A DNA stretch of 19,264 nucleotides from NCBI GenBank assembly GCA_040289575.1, contig PSLL01000005.1, positions 114,306 to 133,569 on the forward strand, given 5' to 3'. Under the pieces are notes generated by a model that did no database searches, was not told the origin of the DNA, and saw nothing but the letters and a program-made list of their open reading frames with translations. This document shows positions 17,331 through 19,264 of this stretch, in pieces. The stretch is from Candidatus Dadabacteria bacterium (GTDB lineage Bacteria; Desulfobacterota_D; UBA1144; Nemesobacterales; CSP1-2). Position numbers and translations under genes: made by a program. The stretch's first letter is position 1. Every line of letters starts with the position of its first letter.

Positions 17331-17613
17331 TAATTGCAGGTAGTCGTATAATAGAAAAAGAATGTGAATCTCGGTATAATAAACGCAGTAGTATCCGTAG
17401 AGGAATGCTTGAAATTATAAAATTATTCTATTCTAGAGCCTACTTATAATATCTCTTCCTCTCTGAAGTTGGTATAATTTAAAAGAAGAATATGTATTCA
17501 AAAGCACTTATAATTAGCAATCATGGTTCTGCTCAAGTGTGAAATTTAAAATTTGTAATTCTGGGTGGGGTGGGGGAGATTTTATTGAGGAAAGGCGTAA
17601 AGGGGACAAGTAG

Positions 17614-18156
17614 ATGATAGATAAAGCTACTCAAATAGTCAGAAAAGAATGGGAAAAACTAAGACGGTCTTTTGAGATGTGCGGTGATATAGGGAATATT
17701 AATCTCGACGATAATAGGATTTCTAAATGGCTTGTCAGACAGACATAAGAGGGGTTTATATCAAATGTAATTGAGATGGATACGAAGTTTCCTTAAGATG
17801 TATATGCTACAGTTGAGGCTTTAAATGTATTTATCGTGCTCGGTTCAATTGCCGCAGAGAGGCTTGGACTTAATGAAGAGATGGCCTCTTCATTTGGAGT
17901 TGCATATAGCTTGGTTCATACCGGATTGGTTGCATACCATACATTAGAGCCCGGGCAGATTCTTTTCTATAAGATGTTTTATCCGTTTGGAGCAATGAGC
18001 TACGACCTCGATCCTTCCCTGATAAAGACAAAACTAAAAATAGTGTTTGAGAGATTCAAGAGTTGGCAGAATGATCCTCAAATCTACACACAGGACATCG
18101 CTCGGCTTCAAAAAATGGCAGATATATGGAAAGAATGGGATGAGATAAACGAATAA
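17614..18156 (+). pseudogene. Hypothetical gene (~180 codons) interrupted by two in-frame TAA codons
   Basis: ATG 17614 after AAGGGGA. Frame reads MIDKATQIVRKEWEKLRRSF...RQT*EGFIS...KFP*DVYATVEALNVFIVLGS..., continuous with the 17836 ORF. Stops at 17746-17748 and 17794-17796. Confidence 0.6.
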
Positions 18157-18171
18157 AAACTAGGAATGCTT

Positions 18172-19098
18172 TTAATCTCCTAATAAAGTTCCCTCTTTGA
18201 TCCTTCTTCCTCTTAAGAAAGCCTCGGTCTTTAATCTTTTCCCTCCCTCTATTTGAATCTCCAGAATATCAATCGCACCGATCCCCGTTGCGACTCTCAG
18301 AGCTTCAGAATCGGACTTTATTACCTCTCCCGGTCTGCCGCTACCTTCGGTAACCCTTGCTTTATATATTTTTAAGAGTTTTCCTTCAAGTGTTGTATAA
18401 GCTCCGGGCCAGGGAAGAACGCCGCGAATCAGGTTTCTAATCTCTTCTGCCGATTTTCTCCAGTCTATCCTTCCGTCCTCTTTTTTTAGTATAGGCGCGT
18501 AGGTTGCCTGTGAGTGGTCTTGAGGAATTGGGTTAAGCTTTCCTTCCTTAAGAAGATTTATAGTTTCAATTAGAACCCCTGCTCCCATATCAGAGAGTTT
18601 CTCTGACAGGGTCTCTCCTGTGTCTTCGTCATCAATAGGCATCTTCCTTTTAAGTAGCATATCGCCCGTGTCCATGCCCTCATCCATCTTCATTGTTGTA
18701 ATCCCCGTGACCCTTTCTCCCCTTATTATCGCCCAGTTAATCGGCGCCGCGCCTCTATATTTAGGGAGAAGGGACGCATGTACATTTATGCAGCCGTATG
18801 GAGGAAGATCGAGAATATTTTTAGGCAGGATTTTTCCGTATGCGACAACGCAGATTAGGTCTGGATTGAGACTCTTGAGCTTATTAAAAAACTCTTCTGT
18901 CCTAATCTTCTGAGGCTGTAGAACAGGAATACCATGTCTCTCGGCAAGAATTTTTGTAGGCGGAGAAGAAACCTCAAGCCCACGACCCTTGGGCTTATCA
19001 GGCTGGCAGGCAACTGCAATGACCTCCTCTTCAGACTCAATCAGGGCCTTAAGAGAAGGCACAGCAAATTCTGGAGTTCCCATGAAAACTATTCTCAT
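18172..19098 (-). CDS. fmt: Methionyl-tRNA formyltransferase
   Basis: MRIVFMGTPEFA, QPDKPKGRG, INVHASLLPKYRGAAPI, MDEGMDTGD. Start at ATG 19098. Confidence 0.96.
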   Translation of the reverse strand: MRIVFMGTPEFAVPSLKALIESEEEVIAVACQPDKPKGRGLEVSSPPTKILAERHGIPVLQPQKIRTEEFFNKLKSLNPDLICVVAYGKILPKNILDLPPYGCINVHASLLPKYRGAAPINWAIIRGERVTGITTMKMDEGMDTGDMLLKRKMPIDDEDTGETLSEKLSDMGAGVLIETINLLKEGKLNPIPQDHSQATYAPILKKEDGRIDWRKSAEEIRNLIRGVLPWPGAYTTLEGKLLKIYKARVTEGSGRPGEVIKSDSEALRVATGIGAIDILEIQIEGGKRLKTEAFLRGRRIKEGTLLGD

Positions 19099-19264
19099 TT
19101 TATTACAGAGTATATTGGTAAACCTAAAGCTGTTCAACTTAAATAGGGATTACTAAATAACCCTAGAAGTCATTTCAAAACCCTCTTGAGAGTTAAGTAA
19201 AGCACAAGTAATATGAAAGAATCCAGTGTAAGTCTCAATCAATCACTCATGTCGTACTATCAAT

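Noticed and set aside
17331..17613. Degenerate CRISPR array in the AT-rich spacer
   Set aside because: The repeated unit is only 6-8 bp with irregular spacing, and there are no cas genes.
17746..17796. Stop-codon reassignment (TAA read as sense)
   Set aside because: TAA terminates clear genes in this window (fumC, czcD, lemA, fmt), so the standard code applies.
19140..19264. Possible IS end upstream of fmt
   Set aside because: No partner inverted repeat or transposase sequence visible before the window ends.

Overview
Bacterial chromosomal window of mostly housekeeping and metabolic genes. There is no intact mobile element, CRISPR array or RNA gene. The left arm (minus strand) is a sugar/redox cluster: a 3'-partial GH63/MGH1-like glucosidase (missed by the ORF track because it runs off the edge), a small double-CPxCG zinc-finger ORF read in frame with an NADPH-dependent FMN reductase, a Zn-dependent glucose 1-dehydrogenase and a truncated spondin-domain gene. 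Next come fumC, a HAD hydrolase, a LapA-like membrane peptide, a stand-alone PhoU-domain protein, a Memo/AmrB gene split at an in-frame A_AAA_AAG slippery heptamer, a CDF transporter, sbcD, a class V aminotransferase and a lemA-TPM-TPM operon. The right arm carries prfB with its programmed +1 frameshift, nadK, a PD-(D/E)XK-like small ORF, an ORF with two in-frame TAA stops, and fmt. Two perfect 28-bp REP-like palindromes and some degenerate short repeats lie between genes. The best novelty candidate is possible -1 recoding of amrB, but single-base assembly errors cannot be excluded from sequence alone. Family assignments come from motif recognition, not database searches.
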